From: Raja brachyura
Lineage: Eukaryota
Length of the DNA: 64,000 nt
Assembly: GCA_963514005.1 (NCBI GenBank)
Contig: OY740781.1
Location: 178,064,001-178,128,000, forward strand
Direction: 5' to 3'
This document shows positions 13,045 through 25,640 of this stretch, piece by piece. Numbering within the stretch: position 1 is the first letter of the stretch; each line of letters begins with the position of its first letter. The notes below the pieces were generated by a model that saw only the letters and a program-made list of their open reading frames with translations, ran no database searches and was not told the DNA's origin. The translations under genes and the position numbers were made by a program.

Positions 13045-13286
13045 TGTAGCAGCACCTAGTGGTTATTTGGGGAGGTCAGATGCCTCGTCATTGCTCGGCT
13101 CAGTCACATGACCATGGGGGTTTGTTCGCGGGCTTTTTCGTCAACGCTCCTCAGTTCGTCAACGCTCCTCCCAGCAACAGGAGCTCTTTTGTGTTAGCTA
13201 GTCAGGCACGCGTATTGCACGAGGTTTTGTTTTGTTTTTATTTGTTAATAAAAGTTACTTCACTCAACCTGCCTGATCACGCTACA
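13045..13286 (+). mobile_element. Solo LTR (probably Gypsy-type)
   Basis: Starts TGTAGC and ends GCTACA (TG...CA, 6-bp inverted ends); AATAAA at 13247; CpG-rich; flanks GAGG/GAGT are a near 4-bp TSD. Confidence 0.75.
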
Positions 13287-14346
13287 GAGTATTATATTGT
13301 GCTCTTGTGTTCACAATATAATACTCTATAATAAAATTAATTAATAGCAATAGTATTAGGTAATAATAACAGAGCAGTAGTGAAATGAGAGTGTGTCCAG
13401 GTTGGTGTGGGTCTTTGATATTAGCTGCCTATAGATCCATTTTTTGTGAAGAGGTTGTACCTGTGATGGATTGGGCAATGTCTACCATCCTCTGTAGAGT
13501 CATGGAGTCCTATAGGGTCTTCAGGGCCCTTCAGCCCAATTCATCCATCCATACTACCAAGATACCTCATAAGCTTGTCTCACTTGCCTGCATTTGGCCC
13601 ATATCCCTCTAACCCTTTTCCTATCTCCTCTAGTGGCCTTTTTCCTGAGCACTTGGGAAGTAAGATGGAAACAACTTTTCTGTGCATCCAACTTTGAAGT
13701 ATTCTGCACAGTTCCTCTCAATTGGATTTGAAGGCTGTTATGAAAATTAACAAATGAATCCAACAAATATGAATAAATACACGTCCTAGCACAGCACTTG
13801 ATAAAATTAAACTCAATAAAATAGAAATTAACTAAATCAAAAGATTATAATACTAGCATTTGCTTAATTTCTTGCAGTCCTCCATTAAAATTAATACAGG
13901 AATATGCTCAGTCCTGGTTATTTAAGTGGATTTGTAACCACATGATAAGGAAATTGCACATGTTCCACTGCTGAGATTGTAGTTATGAATACCTGAAGGA
14001 AGACCAGGATTTTAGTGTGCATGCTTGCTTGGCGGAGAAGCCCAGACCACCAGCATTTCCCAGCCAAATCAATCCCCATGCACTTTCCATAGCTTCATGA
14101 TGTACAAAGTATTTCATGACAATTGTTTGATATTCGGGGAAATATGGCAGCCAATTTGAAAACAACAGGGTGCAACAATAAAGCGTGGCCACATGTTAGT
14201 GATCTGCCTGATAAAGTGTTGGCTAGTGGATTCCCCTTCTCTTTTTGAATAATGTAATAGGATCTTCTGAATCCATGTAAAACTTCACATGGGCCTTAGA
14301 TTAAAATCTCATCCAAAACATAGAACTCATATCAGTATAACACTAA

Positions 14347-15097
14347 TGGACTTGTCCCACTTAGGCGACTTTTTGGGCGACTACAGGAGACTTTGCGGGT
14401 GGTTGCCGGGGAGTTGCCTTCATGGTCGTGAGGAGTTCCCACATTCTGAGAACTCGGCGCAGCATCATTATGGACGCCGAGAATTTTTCAACATGTTGAA
14501 AAATTAGCGGTGACTAGAATGAAGCCGCCATGGAGAGTAACGAGAATTCTCGAGCTGTAGGTGGGTCGCAAGGAGGTCCTAATGGGTTGCCAGGAGGTCG
14601 AAGGTGCTCGTAGGTTGCAGCCGGTGCTGACCAGTGTGTTTCATTGAGTCATTGGGGAAAAAAAACATAAGCAGTAGTTTTTAGTACCAAGGATAACCGA
14701 CCGGTAATGTTAAATATCCGCCGAACTTCACAGCCGTGTATCTCTGACTTCTTAAATGTTGTCTGGCTTCTTAACAGTCGTCTTCCCCACCCCCCCTCTT
14801 TTAAAGGACTTACCGTACACTGTGCTAGCCGCCTTAATTACAGCGCCTACCTCTGAAGAAGGGTCTCGACCCGAAACGTCGCCTATCTTCTTCGCTCCTT
14901 AGATGCTGCTGTGCCCGCTGAGTTTCTCCAGCTTTTTGTGTAACCTTCCTGTTCATTGCGCTGTGTGTCTATCACCTTGGCTTTGCACTGTGTGAATTTC
15001 AGACAGATCTCCCCCCCCCCGCTTGCCCTGGCCCCCACCTTTGCGATGTGTCTGTTTGTCTGACAGTGACCGTTCCAGTTGCCACTTTTTCCACTAA
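14347..15097. mobile_element. Harbinger-like non-autonomous DNA transposon with nested Penelope fragment, running into the assembly gap
   Basis: TAA then TGGACTTGTCCCACTTAGGCGACTTTTT terminus; reverse complement of the element at 18424-19046. Confidence 0.75.
14853..14880 (+). ncRNA. Minimal type I hammerhead ribozyme core in a Penelope fragment (14853-14945)
   Basis: CTGAAGA A GGGT CTCG ACCC GAAAC GTC; all conserved core nucleotides present; stem I partner not evident. Confidence 0.6.
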
Positions 15098-15229
15098 NNN
15101 NNNNNNNNNNNNNNNNNNNNNNNNNNNNNNNNNNNNNNNNNNNNNNNNNNNNNNNNNNNNNNNNNNNNNNNNNNNNNNNNNNNNNNNNNNNNNNNNNNNN
15201 NNNNNNNNNNNNNNNNNNNNNNNNNNNNN
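15098..15229. other. Assembly gap (132 N)
   Basis: Run of N. Confidence 1.
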
Positions 15230-17586
15230 TAGGACTGAGTTTAATTTTAAATTGTCAGTTATTGTGACTCAACAGTAAGAATGTCTACATTGTGCTTGGG
15301 ATTAGGCACAAGCTAATGATTTGAAAATGTGATCAAGTGTGGGCTGTTAGAACCTCGGCTATAGAACTTCATGATATTAGATCACTTATAAGGGAAGCAA
15401 ATAACTAGAGCAGGTACTGTGATTACTTTTAGAAATCCATTCTCCACTTCGCTTAGATGATGCATTTGAGTGAATTGATGATTGTTGGCGTGATCTGTTG
15501 GTTCAGCCTTCCCATTTCTTGGTCTCTGCTGGAAAATCATTGAAGCATCTCGGCTCCCATAAACTGCAGTACTTTCAGCCTTTATTTTTGTTCTTGGATA
15601 CAGGAGTGTGAGGTCCCAGGGTAGAAAAAAAAGCAATTGACATTGGGTTATAAAGCTTATGTTAATGGAAGCTAGCCCGACTTAATTTCACCTGTTAAAC
15701 ATTAAAATGTAAGCCTACGGTGGGAAATGTTGCATTTTGTTTCTCCAAAACTGGCTGTTATAAACGGAAGGTATTTCTGGTGTGGTTCCAAGGATTGTCA
15801 ATGTTTAAAATCAGGCAGAATTAATCTTCCAGGCACTGAGTTACAAGTGAGCTCTAGATATCTGTGCATAATTTCTTTGCTTGAAATCTCAGGAAATTTT
15901 ATAATTTTAAATCATTTTGGAAGATTTGTAAGTCTCTAGATTTCTGTAATATTCACTTGCTCCCAAAGATAAAAGTAAAAATAACTGCCTGGAGTCGTCC
16001 GTGGCAAGGAGTTCTTTATATGTTGGAAGTTAATAATCTCGGCCCCTATTTAATGCTCCTGTACCTCCTGCCTAACGATAGAGGGATAAGAGGGCTGCAA
16101 ATCCTTTGCTGCAGTTAGTATTTAACATATTGCAATTAATGAGGTCTTGCTCTGTGCTGACTGGCAGCTGCATTTCTCTTGTTGCTTCAGTTGCTACACT
16201 GAAAACAATTTATTGGCTGTAAAGCACTGCATAATGTCTTGTGTTTGAAAATCACATCTTCGAAATGCTTGTTGAGGAATCAAAGTATCATACTTGGAAT
16301 ATTGCACCATGAGAAATATAAGTTAGTAATTTGAAAGAAATTGGAGTTATTTTAGGGTTGTCGTGGTCATAGACTTAAAAGAGAAAGTGGGATTGAAGAG
16401 TGGGCGGGAACCTCGTAACCCTGATGTTAATGGATAAAACAGTGTTTTCTGCTTTATGCATTAAAAAGATTGTCCATCCACTGCCATTTTAGTACAAAGG
16501 AAACAGTTGAGATCCTACATGCTCAGCTCTATTTTTACAAAATCTAATCACCCCGTGCTCACATACAGTTGGCTGTAAATATGCCTTTCCCACACTTGGT
16601 AATTTAACGGCTATGAGTTTTTCCTTGGTGGTTTGATTGAAAGCAAATTATTTAATTTGAAATTATTCTTTGGATGTTACAAGGAGAAATGCAGTTTTGA
16701 TTATTTTTTTTAACTTTTTTTCATTTTCTTATTATAATCTCCTTGCATTGGTAACTTTTAAAAATTATGTCTGCAGTGGAGAAAAATAAGTTTGTTTTGA
16801 ACACCATCATCAAATCTCAGGATTCAGAAAAGGTTAATGAACTACTTGAGCTTTGCCCTTGCATTTTGACTAAGTAACCTCAATTTGATGATTGTTTAAA
16901 CTCTCCTTAAAAACACCTATCAGCAGTTATAATAGTCAATAGTCTTTTGGCCCAACGTGCCCATGCTGATCAAAATGCCCCATCTACACTAGTTCCACCT
17001 GCATGCATTTTGCCCATGTCCCTAGACCTTTCCTATCCATGGATAGATGAGTAGTAATGTTCGACAGCATCAGTAAACCAGGCTGACTTGCTATTCTTGC
17101 ATTGTTTCCTGAACACACTCAAATTTCCCAAATGAAAAAGAAAAAATACAAACATATTCTATTAGGCCTTAAGTCCTTTTGCATGTCCAGACACCAGGCA
17201 CTATTTAAACATTAGTTTATTCAGAGTTTTTAGACTATAGCCTCTGTAAAGAAACCCAGTTTTTTTTTTTAAGGTACCCAATGCAAACTTGTGATGAGAT
17301 TTATGTATTGCATCATTGAAAGCTTGTTTTGTTCAGCGTGCCCTTTTTTTGTACTCTTCATTACATACCCTACTCCCCTAATTTATCTCAAGCATACAAC
17401 TATTTTAGTTATTTATTGACGCATCAAGTGAAGGTGAAGTAATGTATTTAAGCTCGGATGTTACAGGTCCTGTATCTGCATATGTTACATTTCTTGGAAG
17501 AACTCAGCGGGTCAGGACCCTTCTTAATAATGAGTGGAGTAGGGGAATTATTGCTTTCATTGTTCCCCACGTGGCCTCCTTTACAT

Positions 17587-17725
17587 TAGCAAGACTAGGC
17601 AACTGCTTCGCTGAACACTTCTAGGCTTGTTGGAGCTCCTGGTTGCTAACCAGTTTAACACTGCTTCCTATTACCATACTGACCTTTCCATTCTTTGCCT
17701 CCTCCATTCCAGAGTGAGGCCACAT
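17587..17725 (+). mobile_element. Penelope-like element GIY-YIG endonuclease remnant
   Basis: Peptides ARLGNCFAEHF and LLVANQFNTASYYHTDLSILCLLH resemble the R.LG.RF.EH...VA.HFN segment of Penelope GIY-YIG domains. Confidence 0.7.
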
Positions 17726-17732
17726 TCTACTT

Positions 17733-17875
17733 CAGACTTTAGCGATACAACGCGGAAACAGGCCCTTTGGCCCACTGAGTCCATGCGGACCATTGATCAC
17801 CCCACCAGCACTATCCTGCACACCAGGGAAAATTTACAATCTTTACTGAAGCCAATTCACTTTCAAGTCCTTTGG
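17733..17875 (-). mobile_element. SINE 3' fragment
   Basis: Matches 11680-11820. Confidence 0.65.
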
Positions 17876-18423
17876 AAAGTTGTTCCATGTGTTTTTCCAT
17901 GCAAGTGAAATTGTATTGATTGTGGTTTGAAGGAAAAAAATTACAGGAGACCTTACATCAAGTAAAGCTAAGCTGTTTTATGTTGTTCCAGAACTAAAGT
18001 ACTGGTTAAGGTTTTTAGCCCAGTGCCTGAGTATCATAGAACAGTACAACATAAAAACAGGCCTTTCGGCCCACAATGTCTGTGCTGAACATGATGCCAA
18101 GCCATGCACATAATCCATTCCCTATGTTAATTGATCCTTGCAGAAAGGGAGGGAAATGTTTAACTTTTAACTGTGCATTAAAACTTTGCTTGTTCCTTTA
18201 CTTCCCCACTTTTTGGGTGGAATTCATGAGTAAGGCATTAGTGCCACGAATCTTTCCGATCTTCTCTCAGCATTTACAGTTTAGAACAGCATAAACAAAA
18301 CAATTTTGCCGTCCAACATATTGGCTAAGGTCCAGGTTCAGTTGATGGACAGGATTGTGCTTAATCCAACCTACTGCAAACGCTTGAATTAAAGTAAACA
18401 AATAACCTTTTTTAGTACCTTTA

Positions 18424-18529
18424 TGGGCCTGCCCCACTTAGGCGATTTTTCAGGCGACTGCTATGTCGCCGGCGGTCGCCTGAAAAACCGGCCGCTGGAA
18501 CGGCGACTGTCAGAGACACCACACACCCA

Positions 18530-18578
<49 letters not shown>

Positions 18579-19084
18579 GCGCACGCTGTAATGAAGATGG
18601 TGAAAGCACAGTGTATGGGAAGGATCACATAAGTCCTTTAAAAGAAGGGGAGAGAAGGAGAGGAGACAACTTTTAAGAAGCCAGAGATACACGGCTGTGA
18701 AGCTCGGCGGGCATTAACATTACCGGTCGGTTATCCTTGGTTCTGAAAACTACTGCTTACGTTTCTTTCTCCCAATGAGCCAATTAAATTCACCGGTCAG
18801 TACCGGCTACAGCCTACGATAACCTTCAAACTCCTGGCAACTCACTAGGACCTCCAGTCGACCCACCTACGGCACGTGAATTCTCGCTACTCTCCATGGC
18901 GACCATAATGAGGCCGCGACTAGATCCCAGAATGCGGGAACGCCTCACGACCATGAAGGCGACTCCCCGGCAACCAACCGCGAATATGTGGCAACCATGT
19001 GGCGACTGCATCGGCGCCTGCAGTTGCCTAAAAAGTCGTCAAATGGGCCTGTCCCACCTCGGCGACTTTTTAGGCGACTGCAGG
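18424..19084. mobile_element. Harbinger-like non-autonomous DNA transposon with internal (CA)n and a fold-back right end
   Basis: TTA then TGGGCCTGCCCCACTTAGGCGATTTTT terminus; body is inverted relative to 14347-15097; (CA)n at about 18518-18577. Confidence 0.75.
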
Positions 19085-19181
19085 AATGAGTGGCATTTCG
19101 GGTCGAGACCTTTCAGACACATTCAGAAGAATGGTCTCGGCCCGAAATGCCACCATTCCTTCTCTCCAGAGATGCTGCCTG
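19083..19181. mobile_element. Inverted pair of Penelope terminal fragments
   Basis: GGAATGAGTGGCATTTCGGGTCGAGACC...GGTCTCGGCCCGAAATGCCACCATTCC. Confidence 0.7.
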
Positions 19182-19559
19182 TTTTGTGCGTGGGAGCCTG
19201 GGTGCGTTCCGCAAGCATCGAGACGATAATAAATAAAACGTCTGTCCCCGCGGAGAGAGAGGGGAGGAGAGAGGGGAGGAGAGAGAGAAGGGGGAGACGG
19301 GAGCGTGGGGTTCATTTTCCCAGACAAGCCATAGGTGACTGGGCAATCTGAACCCAAGCACCAAGTTGAAAGCGGCCAAAGGTGTGCATCCCTATGGACA
19401 GCCCCACTCTCCCATGGCCACCCTCCGTGGGCTGCGGAGGTTTGGGACAATGTTCATGCCTTCACAGTGATGCGATGGACGCGAGGGTCTGGACCAATCG
19501 CTGACAATCCCGCCCCCCGGCAAAGTCATGTCCGTTATTGGACTTTTCTGTTGAGCGGC

Positions 19560-19850
19560 AGTCGGTCCTTTGGCCTGTAGGCGACGCCGCCTTTCGGGTA
19601 GGTGGCGTTTCGACAGAGTGGCCATTCGGTAAGTTTGCTTTTAGGCGACGCAGCCTTTCGTTTCGTTGGCTTTTAGGCGCCCCGCCCTTTTCGGTTAGTT
19701 TGCATTTAGGCGTCCCATCCTTTCGGTTAGTAGGCGTTTAGTCTTCGGACTCTTTCGGATTATTGGCGTTTCGGCCTCGTTTCCATTCGGTTCTTTGGCT
19801 TCGACTTCTTTACTTCGGCCTCTCGTCCATCGGCGCCACGTCCGCACACG
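19560..19850. repeat. Degenerate 16-bp-period array with TT(C/A)GG cores; probable DNA transposon subterminal region
   Basis: 18 cores spaced 16 bp apart (range 14-17); abrupt end at CACGTCCGCACACG followed by AT-rich DNA. Confidence 0.75.
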
Positions 19851-20619
19851 CTTGTACATAGTTATAGCTGATCTCGGTGTTGAACACATCTCCTCAAATC
19901 GTATATTGTGCTGCTGCTGCTCCGTAATGTCAGAATACAAAACTTTATGTACACTTATTGTATATGAAAATCTGCTGCATTCTCCTAAAATGCCAGAGAT
20001 CATTGTAATTTCTTAAAATCATTTGCATGCAGGTGTGATGTCTTGAATCTTTCGTGTCCCACAGATTTGTAACTGATTAAATTGGTATATGCTAACAGTA
20101 GTATTATTACAGCTTGATCTGAAACTTGTATGACAAATGAAAGATTAAAATCAAATGCAGTTGAGAGCCAAAGTAATCCAGTGACAAATGTGCATGACTA
20201 ATTTTATCCCTGCTTATTGAAAATAATATTGTGTGAAAATGATTTGTAAGAGCATGGTAAGGAAAGAAGACAATAGTCTTTTATAAACATAATGCTTGGT
20301 GTGTTTAAATTTTTAAAAATTGCATTTTACCAATAGTATTGGTACCCCGCTAAACATAGCTTTTTTGTGCATATTGCCGCTCCAAATGTTAGAGCAGGAT
20401 TTAGCCCACACTTAGTTTATTTAAAATTGCATATCAGGGATTGCAAGGAATTTTTCATCTTTCAGAGTTGTTCGTTGCCAGAGTTGTTTTGGGTCACCTA
20501 TCGATATTCTCGAGCAACGAGTTACTCCAGCACTTTGAGTTCATCAGATATTTTAAACTATTTCCTCCAATGCAACGGCAAATATCTATCTTTGACGCTG
20601 GTTTGTTAAAAAAGACTAT

Positions 20620-20760
20620 GGCTGGAGTAACTCAGCGGGGCAGACAGCATCTCTGGAGAACATATATGGGTGACTTTTCAGATCAGGACCTGACTTGACA
20701 CATTACGTATCCATGTTCTCCCGAGATGCTGCCTGACCCACTGAGTTACTCGAGCACTTT
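20620..20760. mobile_element. Degenerate inverted Penelope terminal pair
   Basis: GCTGGAGTAACTCAGCGGG...GCAGACAGCATCTC and its inverse GAGATGCTGCCTGACCCACTGAGTTACTC. Confidence 0.7.
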
Positions 20761-20962
20761 ATTTGCCACAGTTGTCTGGGGCTTTGATAATACAGCTGCT
20801 TGAGTATTGCTCCCAGTTTCTGCCTTAACTGCAGATTACTACAACGCAAGAAAAACACAAACCTGCACATATCATGAAAATGATGTTGGGAAGAGCAAGA
20901 AGTGATCTAATTGAACCATACGCTAATCGTTCTCTTTTTCAAAGTATTGCCTTCCATCTTGG

Positions 20963-21175
20963 AGGTGCAGGGGGAGGCCATTTGGCCCTTCAAGCCAGCA
21001 CCGCCATTCATGGTGATCATGGCTGATCATTACACAATCAGTAACCCATGCCTGCCTTCTCCCCATATCCCTTGATCCCGCTAGCCCCGAGAGCTCTATC
21101 TAACTCACTTTTAAATTCATCAAGTGAATTAGCCTCTACTGCCTTCTGTGGCAGAGAATGCCACAAATTCACAAC
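20963..21175 (-). mobile_element. CR1 LINE 3' end
   Basis: Reverse complement of the 10660-10860 CR1 3' region. Confidence 0.85.
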
Positions 21176-24100
21176 ATATCTTATTTGGAAATCTCGCAGC
21201 GCATCTCTACCATCAGAAACTGACCTTTGACCCTACTAACCTTGAAATTGCCTCCCAATCTCCAATCACTCTGAACATGTTGTCACCTCTCATATCTGAC
21301 CCTTTCCTTTTCATTAATACTATCTGAATTTAGCCCAACAATGGTTGAAACATACCCTTAACTTATCCGCAAATCTTATTGTAGCAATTTGTAAAAAACA
21401 AAGTTTGTAATTTGAGGAAAATGACTGCAAAGTTAAATTATTTTTTGATTAAACTTGTGTGGAGTACAAAGTGCTGGAGTAACACGGTGGATCAGGCAGC
21501 ATCTCTGGTCAGAACCCTTTTTCAGACTGATTGTAGTGGGGGGGGGGGGAGTTTACTTGGAGAGTCTGATGCAAGCAATGTACCAAGCCTGCGTGTCAGT
21601 TTCTTATCCAGTAAATCTATTAATGCAAGGTTAAAACATCCATTTGGTTTAGTACTGCATTTGCTTCCATTCTGTTAATCCAGACGACAGGTAAGTTTTG
21701 TACAAATAATGTACTTATTCAATTACTATAGGTACTATAAATAAGGGAGGATATTTGTAATCTAATGCAATGTACATTGGTTCAGCCAAAGTGCATTTTA
21801 AATTGTTGAGTCGGGTTACTGATGCCTACAGCTGATTGCCACAATGGATTGAGCTTCAAATGAAACTAAACACGTGATAACATGTGTATGCAGCAAAGAA
21901 TCAAGCATATCATCGCAAAATATTATGCAAATTTCACGTTCTTTTCTGTGACTTAATAATATTGCACATCAAGAAAAATATAACATACTGTGTGATTCAT
22001 TAACTGGATTTCAATTAACTCCTTCACATGCTGACATGGAGATGTTGGAAAGGCAAAGTTAAAATGCAGCACAGCAAGTAATTGAGAAGGCAGTTATCAT
22101 AATGTCTGAGTGCAATATGGTTGAAGTCCAAAGTTAACACTCCAGTTGTCAACAATTTAGTGAGCCATAGAAAGAAGGCCCTGTGTATTTTGTGTTCACG
22201 AGGAGCTTTACTTGCCTTGGAGCCTATGCAGCAAAGGTTTACAATATGGATTACTGAGATGGAGAAAATTGAGAAGAATGCTCTGACGCTTAAACTCACC
22301 GAAGCGTTAAGAATTTGAATATTTGACAAGTTGCAGACTATTTTCTTTGGCTTGCAAACTCTAGAACCAAGGAGGTTGCTTTTCAGTATAGAGAAGGGTT
22401 AAATTTCTCCACTTGGAGTTGAGACTCATTGGAATTCAGTACTCCAGAAATTTGTGGATACAGTTGGGAGAAGTGGGGATTGGGGAGCTAAGAGAAATTC
22501 CAGTCAAGGACCATGGATGGTGGAATGGATCTGCCATGGTTCCTTTTTCTTTTATTTAAATATTATCATACTAATCATACCTGTATGTGAAGCAAGATAT
22601 TTTTCATTTGGCTCTTGTCTACACAAGCAAATCAAGATAGTTGCGTGACTATGAAGAAGCATTTTGTGCAATGTTCTCATTTGTAATTGTTTTTCTTTGT
22701 GTTGAGAATCATTTCAAATTTCTGGATATTAACCAGCATAAAGTTATAAAGTCTAGACATTGTCTCGGAAGAGCAGATGCTTAAGAAGCACTGTTTTTCT
22801 AACCCTGTCATTGTGATGGTGTAACAATTTTCATGCCAATTGTGTGCAATCAGTAATTGTGAGAAAAACACAAATCAGCACCTTGTTAGGGCCACTTGCT
22901 GGAATATCAGAAGAAACCCTGTTTTAGCACATAAGCAAGGACAACCCTTTCATGATGTATCAAGGGAATGAAGGACAATTGGAGGTGTTTTTTTTTAAGG
23001 AAACTGCAAAGAATTTGTTGATCCCACAGAATTTCTCTAAGATGAGCAGAAGATATTTTCCCATATCGTGCGCAATATTCAGCCTTGAACACCAACAGCA
23101 TTTCTGATATAGTTCCTTTCATGTAACAAGGGCAAAATAGATAATCTGGTTATTAACCATGATTTATATTGACCGTGCTACACTGTAGAGGTTCTTAATT
23201 GCCTGCAAAACACATAGCAATGTCCTGCATTTGTGAAAAATGCTGTGTAAATGCATGTTTGCTGAATCTCTGAGAAAGGGTGGCTGCCCTCTAAATGGCC
23301 AGATTTAACTATTCCCTCGTCACACCCACCACCTCCTAATGGACAAGAGAATATGAAATATTTTGGTCGCCCAAAAATTTGAACAGATTCATCTTCTAAG
23401 TCAAAATATTAAAGATTCTCATGAGATTTGCAATATTAACAATTTTCTCAAGAGTAAGTCGGGTTAATGCAAAAATGTCTTTGTGGCAGATCACTGAAAA
23501 CATTCCAATTTCACATTATAGATGCTGACTGCTTTCAATCATTCTTTTTAAATTTGGGGAAAAAGTTGAGGCAGAACATGACAAGCGGGTATTTGCAAGT
23601 ATTGAGATTCCTCTTCGATAATCCAGCAACAAGTAGCTGTTAATCAGTGTTAAGTGTGTGACTACCAAATAATTGGTCCAGCTCTACAAGAACAATAAAT
23701 GTTCAAGAAAGGTAAATCGCTTTGGAGATTACATTGAACTATCTGCACTAAGAGCAATTAACTCCAGGATAAAATATAATTTTATTAAATTAGATTTTCA
23801 AATGATTGACAGTAGTTGGTTTGGAAATATTAACTCTATATTTCTCTATTTCGATCAATTTTTTGTCAAATATATTATGTTCTGACATCACATGCATCAG
23901 TCATGCATCAAAGGGAAAAAAGCTGTAGGAAGAAACCAACTGACGGCTCGGAGGTATTTGCCCAATTTGAAAACTGTGATATTAACGCACTCAGGTATTT
24001 GTAAGAAATGCTTGTGACAAGAAGCCCTTTTCAATTTTCCGATATTACCAGATCCGAGTAGGCATTTTATCAGGTAACCACACCCATTCTTATATCCGAA

Positions 24101-25640
24101 GCAGAGTTACGTTTGACCGTGCACTTCATTTTGCTTATATTTACTCTGCTGAAAATAAAGCTTGGTTTGTTCGTCCCATTCCCTGATATATACCTTTTAA
24201 AAGTTTAGGTGGGACTTGCTTCCATTGCTTTATCTGATATGTTATCCAGTGTCGTAACCTTTGTCTCGTCCCCCCCGCTCCCCATGTTTTCCAGTGATTA
24301 CTCAACAACCAGCTATGTTCACACTTGCATTACAATAAGAAAATGGCTTGACTATCTTTACGGCCACTGTCAGATGGCTGGCTTTTTTTAAAGGCTGTGC
24401 TCCATCTCGAATGTAAAAGAGATATACTGCACATATAATGGGATTTTTTTTTTAACATTCAGAAAATTAATATGAGACTTGATGCTGCTGTTTCTTTCCA
24501 AGTTTGAAATATAAATTAGAACCCAAAACAGATTTGCCATATCTCTGTTGTAGCTGAAATGGTCGTAATTGAAACATTTGGGTTCCAATAGATGTGAAGC
24601 TGCAGTGACAGACGGCTCCTAGAACAACTGAAAAAGTTTAACCTCATTGCAAAAGTCCCCTTGTATTATTTCACATATTGATTCTGTACTACTTCATAAA
24701 ATGTTGATTCAGCTTCCAATCCTATCAATACAAAATGTGTTTACTAATTATTAGTTAGCTCACTGCTCAAATCTGTTAGTTTGCGATAAGGTGTTATAAA
24801 ACCAACCTATTTGTGTTTTAAATATAACTAGCTTTTGTTCAATCTGATATTTTAAGATTGCATGCGGTGTGAAATATATTTTCCTTGTGACCAAGTAGAA
24901 GATCTGCATTTAATTTGATTTTTTTACATTCATATTCTCCTCTGCCATTGCAGAAAGCCACACAGCCCTTCAGGGCAGCTGCTGGAACAATCCGATCAGT
25001 TCCACTCTCCCACTTATTTTCCTGTAACATGTTCTCTACTCTCATGCCCATGAACTCCACCCTGATTTTCCCAGCATTCATCGAAACCACAATAATTCAC
25101 ACAAACCAATTAGCCTATCAACCAAAACATCTTTTAGATGTAAGAGGAAACCGAGGGAAACCCACACAGTTACTAGGAATACTGCAAACTCCACCTGGAC
25201 AGCATCTAGGTCAGGATTGATCCTGGCCTACTGGACGCTAGAACTACCTGCTATAACGTTGTTTTGCACATTTCTTTTGTAAAATAATGCAGAGAATGAT
25301 CAAACCATCAAATAGATAGCTACCTGAACAAATAATGATTATTTTGAGTAATTAAAAAAAATATCCAACGGGTAACTACAAAACAAATTGTGGCGTAGCA
25401 TGGAATTACACGAGACTGTTGGGTTGTAAGATTTAACAAAACCAATGAACTAGCATTTGTGTAGTGATTTGATTTTGCAGTGGTGCTGTTATTGGTATGG
25501 TGTTACTGTTGCATATCTACATGTAAAGTAAGGTGTCATAAACATTAGGAGGGGCATTGGGTGATGGACAGATGTTGAAAGACTAAGATAAAATTCTTGT
25601 TCTTTCAATTGATGCTTCAGAAAATTCTGATAAAATGACA

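Noticed and set aside
18896-19351. 151-aa ORF and neighbouring GC-rich ORFs, or a CpG-island promoter
   Set aside because: The ORF spans three unrelated repeat fragments, and the CpG richness is explained by young transposons.
19560-19850. CRISPR-like repeat-spacer array
   Set aside because: The repeats are only 5-6 nt with about 10-nt spacers, the context is a eukaryotic intron, and there are no cas genes.
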